Shown piece by piece: positions 26,636 through 39,309 of a DNA stretch of 64,000 nucleotides. The stretch lies in NCBI GenBank assembly GCA_024704765.1, contig JAKMXF010000341.1:1-64000 (forward strand). The letters run 5' to 3'. The stretch comes from Oopsacas minuta (taxonomy: Eukaryota; Animalia; Porifera). Under the pieces are notes generated by a model that was not told where the DNA came from, made no database searches, and saw nothing but the letters and a program-made list of their open reading frames with translations. The position numbers and the translations under genes were made by a program. Within the stretch, counting starts at the first letter, position 1; each line of letters begins with the position of its first letter.

Positions 26636-26820
26636 CAAGGTTGCAACCGAATAGTTCAATATTCAGTTCAACCGAATAATATTTGGCGAATAGTTCAATA
26701 TTCGGTTACCAACCGAATATCAATATTTGGTATTGGGTCGGCCCAAACCGAATATTATCAGTATTCGGTTAGGTTGCTATTCGTGAATACTGATATTCGG
26801 TTTGGTCGGTTTCAACCTTG
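26636..26820. mobile_element. hAT-type MITE, 185 bp
   Basis: Perfect 8-bp TSD ATTAGAAG (26628-26635, 26821-26828). TIR CAAGGTTG[C/A]AACCGA. Interior packed with ACCGAATA / TATTCGGT motifs in both orientations. Confidence 0.9.
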
Positions 26821-27690
26821 ATTAGAAGAAATATTCCTGTGATTATGAAATGATTATTAAAAGCTTTTACAAGAGTAATCTTAATACCGGGTTTAGTTCT
26901 TTTCTTCAGCTCTATGTTCAAATACTTTACAAATCTATCTATCGTATAGATATTCAGAACATTGTTCTCTTGGACAAGGAATAGGTCATTTTACCTTTTA
27001 TCTTTCTAAATCCTTTTAGCATCAATTTCTCGATCCATAAATATGTAATCTGAACAAGGAAATTTCCTCTATAATCTAACTTTTGAGGATTAATGTTCAT
27101 CTCATAAAAATTGCGAAGTTCGCCCATATAGCCCAATTTTCCGTATTTGCCTTGACTTATTGGCAACCATCTTTTCGCCAGATAATCTTAATTTTCTGGG
27201 GTCTGGCCCAATAAGATCTATGTATAAAGTATGTTTCGGAACAGTTGGAAGTGAAATGTCCAGCCGACAGTACAGCTAAACTTGGGTCATATTTCTACCC
27301 AATACAAAGGTGTGGGTCGGCTATTTTCAGGGGACCAAAATTTTCATGACTGGTCCACAGACCTATGTGCATGTAATCATGCATACTCATCCGTTTGACC
27401 CACTGAGCATGCTGCATGCACACTCGACTTTTCATACCTCAGTTTTTCATGGTATGCCGCATTAAAACGTCAGTATTTCTAAAAATATTTGACGTAGAGC
27501 TCTAATTTTTCGTAGCTTTGGATTGTCTTATAGTGTACGTATAAATATTCAATGAGATATTTTCGGGGGTATCGCTGAAAATGGCGGTTTTCTAGTAAAC
27601 TCACCCGTTTAATTTACTAAATATCTATAATTCCGTATCCAAATCTATGAGAAATCTATCCGCATGCAAATTGACAATTTATTATAGAAT

Positions 27691-27705
27691 CCTGACGTGA
27701 CTTCC
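27691..27705 (+). promoter_or_regulatory. Candidate VPS15 promoter motif (CRE-like TGACGT overlapping ETS-like ACTTCC)
   Basis: CCTGACGTGACTTCC lies 40-55 bp upstream of the ATG. A similar CACTTCCCGTCCCGGAAAT lies upstream of CEP76 (47462-47480). Short motifs; function not shown. Confidence 0.3.
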
Positions 27706-27745
27706 CTGTTGATTATACTAGCAATACTGTAAGGTAGACCAATAT

Positions 27746-30700
27746 ATGGGTAACCTACCCACTACTATCCTCCCTTCTCTCATTCTACCTGTAGAGCATT
27801 ATGTATCTGAGCTCTCAGAGGTAGATAGACCGCTCAAGAATTTGGGCTCCACCCGCTTCTTCAAAGTAGTGCGAGGTAGACACACAGAGGGCCCTGTTGT
27901 CGTGAAGGTGTTAGTCAAGCATGATCCCAACCTAGTGCTGAAGCAGCATCAAGATCAGTTGTCTTTTATTCTGGAACAGCTGGGCTCAGTCCCTAACATC
28001 CTCCCATTCTCTATCTGGAGAGACTCGGACAGAGCTGCCTTCCTGATACGACCATTTGTCCGCTACAGTCTAGCTGAAAGGATGTTCTCTCTCCCCAGTT
28101 TGGAGCCTCTAGAGAAGAAGTGGATAGTGTACCAGCTACTCACGGCACTGTCCAGTTGTCACCAGTTAGGGGTTAGTTATTTAAATGATCTAACAAGTAG
28201 CTCCTAATCTCTTATACAGGTACACCTCCGAGATACGGTATCCTCGAGGGTAACCGCTTGTAAGAATGTTCGTAGAATGTATTATTTATAATCTTAGGCG
28301 TCGTAAACCATCCGGGTGGCCCAGTAGCACACTCGGAGTTTGAATTGTGGAAAATTCTTCGCGAAAACATCCAAGCAAGTATGGCCACTAATCTAGAGTA
28401 AATAGTCTTCAAATATAGCCAGGATACATCAAAATAGCATAGAACGACAAATTTTCCGCCATGAATTTCTGATAGCGCTAATAACGAATTCTGTTTTTCA
28501 AAATCTAGATATTAGTCATATGCTGAAGAAACGAATATTCGTTTCCTTCGTTTTTATGACAAAGTATTTAACACAGCTGTATCAACTAATTTTGAGTTGG
28601 CAAAAATCCGAAACAGAAATGTGTTATAGAAGATAAATTATATTTTAATTAGTTATGAGAGAAGGTCCAATGTATTGAATACTTAGTAGGTTAGCTCTCA
28701 ATGATTTAGGGAAACAGGGCCTGTTTTGGTCACCGCCGCTATTCAATTAACTGCTAGGATAAAATATTTTCGGCTAACCGAAGAGTGTCATCACCAATAT
28801 TTTCAGTGTTCCAAAGGATTTGAGAAGTACGAATTTATATATAACATGAATTCTGCTTGCTCGGTATTTATGAGATGTGACATTTTATGTCCGAAATCGG
28901 TTAACCAACCACAGCCCTGTGCGAAGCTAAATTTTCAAATTGAGTGGTAAAATATTACGGAGAAATTGCAAACGTAACAATTCGAAAATTATCCATGGTG
29001 CAATGACATAGTAATAGTCAGTTTTCAACAATAAATCTTCGTATTGAATTTGAAGAGATCTACAGGTACATATTTAGTTGGACTATATTTTTCAAAAATT
29101 GGATAAAAGGTTACAAATATAGTGGAACCTGATAATCCGACACCTCTATAATCCGACAGTGTTTATAGTACGAATGAGCTTCCGACTATCACCATCTCAG
29201 GTTCCACTGTTTGGATATGTGATGATTTCACCCATGAAAATCACTGTCCCCTATATTTAATGAAAAACAATATTTTCAATTGCAAGTGAGCAAATAAATA
29301 CTTTCTTTACCCCAAATAACGAACAAAGCATCTTTGAAATCCTCACAAGAACTATTCAACCAATTTTGATATATTTTATTTCTTATACGTATGTTTGTAT
29401 CTTATATAATCAATTAATGATATTGCATATAGTGATAATTTGGACGAAACTTTGTGTCCCTGACATTCTCACTTATCACAAGATCTAATATCTACCAGCA
29501 TATCTACCAGCTATACTGTAGACACATATCGTTGGGCATAAGTATTTTGTGTTTTAGGATGGTATATTGATAATATCATATTTCCCTGATTCTTTTCGCG
29601 GGCATTTTTCGTATGAATTTTTGTGATTGCTATGCCCCCAATATATCTACTCAAAGGAAAGAAATACGAGGAAAGGCATTTGAATTTGTATTGTCGGAAG
29701 CCATTTCGGAGAAGAAACATTCTCGGATTATACAGGTGTCGGTTTATGCAGGTTCCACTGTAATTTCTTCTTTATACAACTTGATTTTCTGATATAATCC
29801 GCTTAGCCAGTAGAAATTTCGTTGAACACGTGATATTATTCCTGCTATATTATACAACTTGTATCTATGTGTACCATATATTGTGACGCATAAAAATATG
29901 TATATTAGCTATCTTATTTACTAATGCCTAGATTAATTTAGTATATAACTTGTATGTAGATTTGTCATGGAGACATTAAAGCTGAGAATGTGTTACTGAC
30001 AGGCTGGAATTGGGTACAGCTAACTGACTTTGCTAGTTTCAAACCTACTTGTTTGCCTCCTGATAACCCAGCCACTTTTTCCTTCTTCTTTGATACTTCT
30101 AGACGTTCCTACTGCTATATAGCTCCTGAAAGGTTCACAGACTCCAAAGAGGTAATTGATTAAAGTGATAAGTACATGCTTACTGAGTTAGTGTATGATG
30201 TATGGTGAATTTATTCATATGTATTTATTTCCATATATAATATTTAATCACGTAAGTATTTTGATAGCTGAATTCAATAGAAATGTCTTCCCAGTCCCCA
30301 CTGGATCCACATATGAGAAATATGAAAATGCGAAATTCTGGTTCAGCGTACTGTGTTCCCCCGTGTAGCCGTTTGGAGCAAGCATGTATTTATATTTTGA
30401 GATGTGGCTAATTTGTTTACTGTATATTCATAAAAACCACAATAAATTTACATATGATTAATCCAAAAGTGTGAAATTCGGATTCAGCATGTTCGATATA
30501 TTTAGTGAAGTTTTATTGAATTCTATTTACTTCCTTGATAAACACGATAAATACATAGTTATGCGACAATTTCAAAATTGCATACCTTAAATCCTTTCCT
30601 TGACAACAGACAATAAACAATAATTGAGATTTAATAATATAGATTCAAAAACTTTAATTTACGTATAGTGACGCCTGTTTCCAATCCAATATCTATTACT

Positions 30701-33700
30701 GATACTCATATATAGGTACAGGAGCTCTCTCCTCGCATGGATATCTTCTCTCTGGGCTGTTTGATTGCAGAGCTATTTACTAACGGACAAGTCCTATTCG
30801 ATCTTCCCCGTTTGTTGGACTACGCTAGCGGTAAATCCTCTCCTGACTCTACGTTAGATCTTATAACAGATAAAGAGATACAATCTCTTGTTCGTCACAT
30901 GATTAACGTGTCTCCCGCTAACAGACACACTGCATCTAAATACCTAGATGTATGTCGTGGTAAAGTCCTTCCTGAGTGCTTCTACTCTTACTTCCATCAC
31001 TTCCTTACTACCTTCAGTGCCTCTGTAGATCCTTCACATCTCAGAATACGACAGTTACACAGAGACATAGATCAGGTGATTATACATTTATTTACTGATG
31101 TTATTACCTTATAATATGGGGATTACACAATATAATCCAATATTCCGGCGATAATACATATACACATTTTATTCATACGTAACGTAACGTTTTAAATATT
31201 ATGGCAAATTAGCATAAATATTATAATGGTATGTGTGATTTCGTTGATCTAATCATAATAGCACTGGAATCCGATTATAAGAACATGTAACTGGCATCCA
31301 CTGTATATAATATGTTTCTATACTTTTTTCTAACAATATTTTCGTTATTAAAGTTATGTACAAATATAATTGTGCGAAACGATTAAAATTACATATATCG
31401 AACAAATAAGGTATATCCTCGATAATATCGAATTGGTACCTTATGGCTTGAATAAATGTATTATTGATAGATAATAATCAATACTAGTCATATATCGTCC
31501 AACTAGTCCCAGTTCGAAATGACGTCATCTGTTTGGTTAAAAGGGTAATATGTGGTTAATAATCTCCCCATTTTAAAGCTATGATAAACGATCACTAGTG
31601 CGTCTTTGTAATTATATGTATAATATCCTCAGATCACTTGATATCAATTCTGAGATCAAAGACGCACTAGTGATCGTTTATCATAGCTTTATAAATGGGG
31701 AGATTATTAACCACATATTACCCTTTTAACCAAACAGATGACGTCATTTCGAACTGGGATTAGTTGGACGATATATGACTTGTGTTGATTATTATCTATC
31801 TAACGCACTTCCTACCTAAACTCATCATAACGTGGCAGAATATCAACCCGCCGCTAAAACACGGAAATGCTATTCAGTGACATAGACCTTGATAAGATAA
31901 AAGAAGAATTTAAAGTATTTGCTAGTATTGATGTCTGTAGTCATCTAACCCTAGGTGCTAGTCAGAATATTAACGAGAGCCTACACGCCACTATCTGGGG
32001 GAACTGTCTCAAAACTAAATACACATCTCTCATATGTGTGTCTATATCCGTAGCATTGAGTGTGTTGTGTTACAATGAAGGGAAATCTGCTCTTGCTGGT
32101 GTTCTGCTAGCTCTCGGGGTAAAACCGTCTCTAAACCCAATCAAAGAGTTTGTCACAGCTGATAGAGAAAGGTGTCGTGTGCCGGAAAGGGGAAGAACCG
32201 TGAAAAGTAAGGCTACCAGACGTCAGCGTAGACTGGACAGTAAGAATAGAGAGAAAGAGAGACGTAAGAAAGATAGAGATGCTGCCCGTATCCCATACCA
32301 GTCTGATAGATTTGGTATTGAAGTTGGAGGAGGCGAAATTACTGCGAAAATGAATAAAACTCATACAAAACAGCAAACGAAATCTAATACTACAGCTATT
32401 GATGCTGGTCCTTGTTCTATTTCTATTTCTACTTCTATTATTACTACTACTGAAGCTATATTGCTGATGATAATACCAATATTGCTAATACTGATATCGT
32501 TGTTGAGAAAGAGACTACTTCGCAAGAAGTTATTCCGAAAGAAGTGATGATACAAATGTTGTAAAACAGAAGAAAGTCAAATCTTATAAGAAAAAAGAAA
32601 AAGTAAAACCTTTGAAGAAGCCCAAATTTGTGAAGCGAGCTAGGATGGTGTCTAATGCTTATTCTGATGGGGAGCTAGTGTTATCTGAGAGAGAGATCCC
32701 TGAGAAAGGAGAGGATGAATTACACCGAAAAAAGGTAAATTCTGTAAGAAAAGAGGAAAAGCAAAATCCATGAAGAAGTCGAAATCTCTGAAGCGACCCA
32801 GGAAAGTGTCTAATTCTGATGAATATTCTGGTGGGGAGCTAGCGTTGTCTGAAAGACAGGAACCTGAAAGAGGAGAGAATGATTTATTGCCAAAAAATGT
32901 TAAATTCTCTAAAAAAAGCAAAGCAAAAACACGAAGAAATAGAAATCTCAAAAGTGAGGTAGGAATCTGCCAGACTCTGAGGATTCTGATTGAGGTCGGT
33001 ATTATCTGAGAGAGATAACTCTGAAAGGAGAGAGCATGAGATATTACAGATGAAACATAAATCTAGTAAGAATCGAGCTAGGAGGGTGTTATCTTATGAA
33101 GAATCTAGTGATAAGTCTGATAGTAACTCTGACGGGGAAGAGAGTGATGGGGTATGTCAGGACTGTGACAGCAGGTTACCTACCGGACTGCTTGAAGGAG
33201 AGTGGCATTGGATTGGCTGCGAAATATGTGAGAATTGGTCCTATGATTCCTGTCTTGTCATTCATTTGAACGATTATGAGCATAGAGACATTATTTGTAC
33301 ACGTGTTCTTCTTAAATTTGAGTTATATATTTTGACTACAGCATGTATTATAATACATAAGTTGTTATATAATAAAATTTTTAAAATATATACATAGTAT
33401 ATATATATATTCATTAAAGGAGGTATAATAATTTTGAATTGCTAGCCTTTTGTGTTTAAGATGTCTCCAGTAGAAATCTAGACATACCACAGGGAGATAT
33501 GTATTATAATCATTCTCAATGCCAGCTGTTGTTAATTTACTTATACTCTATGTTGTCAAGAGTCTCTATAGCATAATATATCCTATCACTGATTTGGCTT
33601 GATAAACTTATATACCTTGATTGAATGAAATTTGTATTTAAATATCTTTTAATCGATTAGGCACATATAAAATGATCATATAATCCTGTAGGTGCTGGAT

Positions 33701-36700
33701 GCTCTCACAAGAGATACAGATCGTCGTCTCAAAGACTCCCCTCTTCTCATCCTCCCCTGTGTAACATGCTTCATCCACACGTCTCGTTTCAGACAGGCTC
33801 GGTTAGAAACTCTTGAACTGCTACGTCTCATTTCTGACAATCTATCCGACCCTCCCATCTTAGAGAGGGTTGTACCTTACATAATATACTTCCTAAGAGA
33901 GGACAAAGGGGCTACAGGAACAAACTCTGCCTTCTCGGGAGGAGAGGAGCCTGAAGTGAGAGCACTAGCTATTGAGACCCTCTCTCACCGTGTTTGTAAA
34001 GCTAAACACGTGCCTAACAACGAGCTAGAATTATTCCCCAGACACATTCTACCAGCCCTGAAGCCTCTAATAAGAGACAGTAACATATTAGTACAGTGTG
34101 CATTAGCTAAGAGTATCGGCACAATAGCAGAGACTAGTATTAGATTCCTGGAGTTATCTCAGCTAGCTAGCTGTAAGCGGGCTATGAGGACTAACTCTAC
34201 TCCTACTTCTTATGACGAGGAATGGAATGAGCTCAGGTATGTCATAGTTATGTAGCTTTAAGTTAATTCTCATTCAATCAGTCTCTTATCATTGTGTGAA
34301 GGGTTCTGGAACAATTTATGAGTGAGGTTATTGTATTCGCTACAGAGTTAACGCAAGTCAACAATGCAACTAATTCTTAGTAATAAATTTCCGCATATTG
34401 GTGCAAATATTTGATTTATTAACACGAGATTCAGATTTTCGAAAGTCGACTAAAAATAGTTTCAGCTCCACATGATAAGCAATCACCTGAGTATTATATT
34501 ATTTATTTAAGTCCACCATGTACATATGCGATACAACTTGTTGAATAAATGAAGTTGGTTCAGTGTTAAAATATAACAAATAGAATTTTATAGAGTTGCC
34601 GTGAGAGCAGAATTTCGATCCCCATACCCATTCCGTTCTCATAGGATTTCTGTGGGGATTCCTATATGGCAGGCTCATAACCTGGAAACCTTCAAAATCG
34701 TGAGATTTGTCTAATATCTCACGATCCTATTGAGATATGTGTAATTTAGTATTACTATTCTATGAACAGACCAGGGATTCTGCAGTATTTGTAGACCCCG
34801 AAATCGTGAGAGTTGAGAGCACTGATATGGGGATCCATATGGGAATCTCCACAGGAAAAACATCAATCCCATACCCATGGGGATTACCATATCCACGGCA
34901 ACCCTGAAATTTAATACTTCCTCTATTATTGAAAAATTGATCATTAGATATAGTTGACAAGAACGTTTATGTTTTATGCGAAAATTGCATCATGTATGAC
35001 CGGCTTTAAAATGCCCTTAGTCTGGTTTACTGCGAGCTTATGTGTGGGCAAAGTCTTAGGTTCTATACAGGAAGTGGATGAAAGAGTTTGCAGTTTATCC
35101 TAGAGACTAGATGAATATTCTAAAATTCAGATGATCAAGCCTTGTTTGTAAACGGTTATAATAAGTAGTTTTTTACTTAAAAAACTGACTGACAGCATTT
35201 ACCTGAATCATAATCCACGCCTGAACATATACTGCCGTATATTGATTGAGCAGCTAATGTTATTGCAATTTCTGTATTATTATGTAATTTGAGCATACAA
35301 TCTTTGTAGAGAATCCATCCAGCAACTGGTAGTACATCTACTCTCATCCACACAACACGAGGTTAGGAAGACTCTCTTGCTAAACTCCCTCCCCCAGCTG
35401 TGTGTATTCTTCGGACAGCTGAGAGCTAATGACATCATCCTCTCTCATATGATTACCTTCCTTAACGACAAGAAAGATTGGGAACTGCGAGCTGCTTTCT
35501 TCCAGCATATTCCTTCTGTCGCTGCATTTGTCGGTCTCTCCTGTCTGTCTATGATATATCCTCTCATCTACATGGGTCTATCTGACCCTGAGGAGGTTGT
35601 ATGTTGTAGAGCAGTAGACGCTCTCTCCTCTCTGACAGAGCTTGGTCTCATGCGCTCCCAGGAGCTACCTAAGGTTCTACAGAACGCTACCCCTCTACTG
35701 GTACATCCTAACTTATGGATCAGACATGCTGCTGTCGGGTTCATTATATCTCTCATCACTACTCTAGACATAGTAGATACTCAGTGTAAACTACTTCCAG
35801 CAGTGAGGATGTATCTCAAAGAACCAGCTAAGAGTCAGATGTTTGGATTATCCTCCCCCGAGGCATTAGTGCTGTATGAGTCTCTACATGTACCGATTAA
35901 ACGGGACCTATTCAACACTGCGCTATCTATACCTGGCATACACAAGCTGCTTCAGGAGAGACAGACTTACAGAGATAGACAAGAGGCTGTGCGGACACAA
36001 CGGACCATTAACCCAAATCTCACCAATAGTGATTATGCAGCTATAACCAAGCTACACTCTATAGGAATGGTAGATGAGATAGAAGGGCTGCTGTATGCAT
36101 GTCTCCCTAAAGGTAGGACTACTCAGGGTTTACAGGTAATTAATGTATTCTATAGGTATGATCTGATTAGTGATCAGCTGTTTGCCATCTCTTTAGGAAT
36201 CTGAAACCAATTGCTACATCAGACTGGATGACGTCACACAAATACATAAGGAGCATTTACATTTGAATTCAAAGACTCCTCCCCCGGACAGGAAGGAGGC
36301 TAGGAGGTCTACACTCCTCCCTGGGAAACGTGTCCCTCCCAATCCTGAGTTAGAGATAGCCTCAATCCTGAGTAACGGATGGGCTCAGCAGATAGCTAAG
36401 GAATCAGCTGAGCAGTCTCTAAGCAGGGCTCCTGGAGATGAAGCAGGGCTAGAGACAGGAGATGGGAAGAGACAGCATAGAGCTACCTGTGCTGCTGAGT
36501 TGCACTCCCTGTTAGAATTTAGACGTAATAGGTATGATAAGGATGTACAGAAGAAACCAGCTTATTCACTACAGGGTATAATGACGGAAGATCTTAATGG
36601 TAAGTTGTATAGAAATCATACTGCTAACTGTCCAGCTTTTTCCTTCCCTCAGGTTGACAAGCATGACATTTAACAGTAGAGTATTGTACCTTGTATTACG

Positions 36701-38851
36701 TATATTCAGAGTTGCACGCGGGCCAGCCGGGAAATAATCCCATCATTATCCGCATTAAGCTGCTTTAATCAACTCCGCAGGCTCAGTTACCTTTTGAATT
36801 GTCACACGTTATCAATTGGAATACTTAGGGGTAACTCGAATCATATTTCCTCCGGGAATTTTTGCTTTTGCGGGTTTTTAGCGGTCCGACTAATTCAATC
36901 GCGGGCCGCGGCTAGAAATTTCGGCCCACGTGCAACTCTGCGTATATTGTATACAGTATGAAACTATGAATATGTTTATTCTGTTATTCACCAGTATCAC
37001 ATATTATTTCCTATCTATTTAGCACTTGAACAAGTTGGTGCTACTCGTACAGAGAAGCGCGGTTGGAGACCTCAGGGTCTGCTGGTAGCACACTTCCATG
37101 AACATGGATCAGCTGTTAACAGAATAGCAGTGAGTGACCAGCAGAACTACTTCGTGACGTGTTCAGATGACGGTTTCGTGAAGTTATGGAATATGGACAG
37201 AATAGAGGGACGGAAACTTGGATGTAAGGCACGTAAATCAATCCCTCTGAATGCTGGTAGGATCAAGACAGTTAAATTCTGTAGAGATAATGTTCTGGTG
37301 GGAGCTACAGATGATGGATCTATTGTATTGGTCCGTCCATTAGAACCTGGATCTAACAATTCAGTGAGTTACTCTTTGGATTTTAATTAATAGTGAGACT
37401 TGTTATCAATCCGCTATCTAATAACGTATTTATTAAATTCTTATTTCTACTTTTTGCAACACATACAGATATGAATTTATTAAATTAACATACTAACTGT
37501 ATAGCTGTATATGCTTTAACGGTGTAATAGATTAACAGTAGGACGGGCAGAACCTGATACTTGTAAAGTTACTGGCTTGTGAATAGCGACTAACATAATT
37601 TACAAGTAGTGGGATGGTCTTAATTCTGAATAAATGTGTTACAATCCCCCCTGAATTACTTGTACGTACTGTACTATTATGACAGTCCACAGTTGGCCGT
37701 ATTGATTTCCAAATATATTAAGAAGTTGGTAACAATTCCATTAGCTTCACGTTAAAACTAGCTAATCTGTAATTATCTTTAATCTATTCAGATAGTGTAC
37801 AAACGACAGCTGGACGTGTGGCAGAGCGGGTCTGTAGTTGATGTGTTCCCCTTCTGTTACCACAGTGGAGAGCTACTTGTCTATGCTACAGAGCACGGAA
37901 CTATGTGTGGTCTGGATGCTAGGAGTAATCTCCCTGCTTGGGAGGTTCAGAACAAACAGAAGTTGGGTCTGGTTACCGCCCTTGCTGCTGACCATGGACA
38001 GTCCTGGGTTACTCTGGGTACATCGCTAGGAGCTTATGTGTGCTGGGATATCAGGTTAGCAATATGTAGTAATACGTACTCGACATGACGAAAGTTCGAA
38101 ATGGTGTGCAGTAGAGATATATATAAAGATAAATCAAATGGAGGGGAAATGAAAATTCGTTCGAGATAGTGGATATTGAGACTGTTGTTTCTACAACATA
38201 TCATTTGTATGTATCTTGATCTATAGATTCTTGTTACCAGTAAATGAGTGGAAACATCCTCCCTCTCCCAACACTCCTAAGAACGTCTACAAGACCATCT
38301 ACCGTATGCAGCCTCATCCCATCGTATCCAACTCTATGCTAGCATCATTTAACATTAATAACGAGGTAGCGATATGGGACCTGGAGACAGCTGCTGTCAC
38401 TCAGAAACTATGGGCAGGAGTAGGATCTGATTTAGCTGGTAAGATGAGTCCTAGTCAACACTCCGTCCGAGCTATCCTCCCATTCATCTCTGACGAGATG
38501 CCTCTGGTCCTGACAGCAGGGACAGATCACTGTATCCGGTTATGGGACCTGATGTCAGCTGAGCGATCTGTGAGGATTGTAGAGGCAGCAGACACAGAGT
38601 ATGTTAAGAGAGAAATTAAATTTAACGAAGTGTTCAAGAACGATATAACGATATTCCAGGAGGAGACTAGTCCCCCTCGTGTTATCCACAAGGGGACTGA
38701 ATCTAGACAGAAGTTGGAATCTCCTCCTAACGGACATCAGGACACTATCACAGATCTGGCAATGGTACGTACGTCACCCCTCAGAGACTCTGCCTCACAT
38801 AACTTTATAGTGAGTGTGTCACGAGACGGAGTTATGAAGGTATGGAAATGA
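27746..38851 (+). CDS. PIK3R4: Phosphoinositide 3-kinase regulatory subunit 4 (VPS15): pseudokinase, HEAT and WD40 domains; 9 exons
   Basis: Exons 27746-28171, 29960-30151, 30716-31075, 33692-34236, 35310-36135, 36197-36599, 37023-37363, 37792-38054, 38227-38851 are all phase-compatible. Motifs: MGN myristoylation start, [88 protein letters not shown]. Confidence 0.96.
30350..30643 (-). mobile_element. 5' part of a non-autonomous Helitron in VPS15 intron 2
   Basis: The minus strand begins A|TCTATATTATTAAATCTCAATT at 30643 and aligns by eye with 59353-59650 for ~290 bp. Confidence 0.75.
31466..31800. repeat. 335-bp palindrome (143/144-bp arms, 48-bp spacer) abutting a transposase relic
   Basis: 31466-31608 is the reverse complement of 31657-31800 with about 4 differences (3 substitutions, 1 indel). 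Confidence 0.92.
31867..33397 (+). mobile_element. Decayed DNA-transposon ORF in VPS15 intron 3: transposase C-terminus, Lys/Glu-rich repeats, PHD finger
   Basis: [22 protein letters not shown]...[11 protein letters not shown] resembles the QNxNESxxxxIWxxxPK...AVxxFNxG motif of Mutator-like/Kolobok-related transposases. Three degenerate ~165-bp repeats start at ~32651, 32811 and 32976. CQDC...[15 protein letters not shown]...ICTR is a degenerate PHD finger. Frameshifts separate the pieces. Confidence 0.75.
34591..34905. mobile_element. hAT-type MITE in VPS15 intron 4
   Basis: TIRs TAGAGTTGCCGTG and CAGGGTTGCCGTG. Flanks GAATTTTA / AAATTTTA (7/8 TSD match). A related left end CAGGGTTGCCGTGGGAATG occurs at ~6880. 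Confidence 0.75.
36707..36940. mobile_element. hAT-type MITE, 234 bp, in VPS15 intron 6
   Basis: Perfect 8-bp TSD CGTATATT (36699-36706, 36941-36948). TIR CAGAGTTGCACG[C/T]GGGCC. Confidence 0.9.
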
Positions 38852-39309
38852 AATTCCATCTATGTCTATAATGTGTATATTATGCATTTGAAGAGAGATA
38901 AATATCTGGCAGGGGCTGTGGCTAATATAGTAGTGTATAAGATTAGTTTCTTAAGAATCTGTGTAAACGTGCTAATTTTGCTTCTAGGCTTGTCTAGGCC
39001 AGTCAAACGCTAAATTGGCAGTATTAATCAAATGAACAATCGAAGTGTCTATTAGTACTGATTTAATGAATCATCGTTTGTCAGATCGGTTCAAATTGTA
39101 TATTTTGTATCAACTGCATAACAGCTAATAGGAAAAATTGTATTGAAGCTGAATCAAATGCTTACAGCAATCAGGCCTTGCATTGATATTAATACTTGAA
39201 TCTACCCTCAATATCTTACTATTAATACTCTTTCATCCTGTCATATCTGTTATTTCAAATCTCTATGATGTTCTTATGTATAATACTGTATTCGTGTATA
39301 ATATAATAG

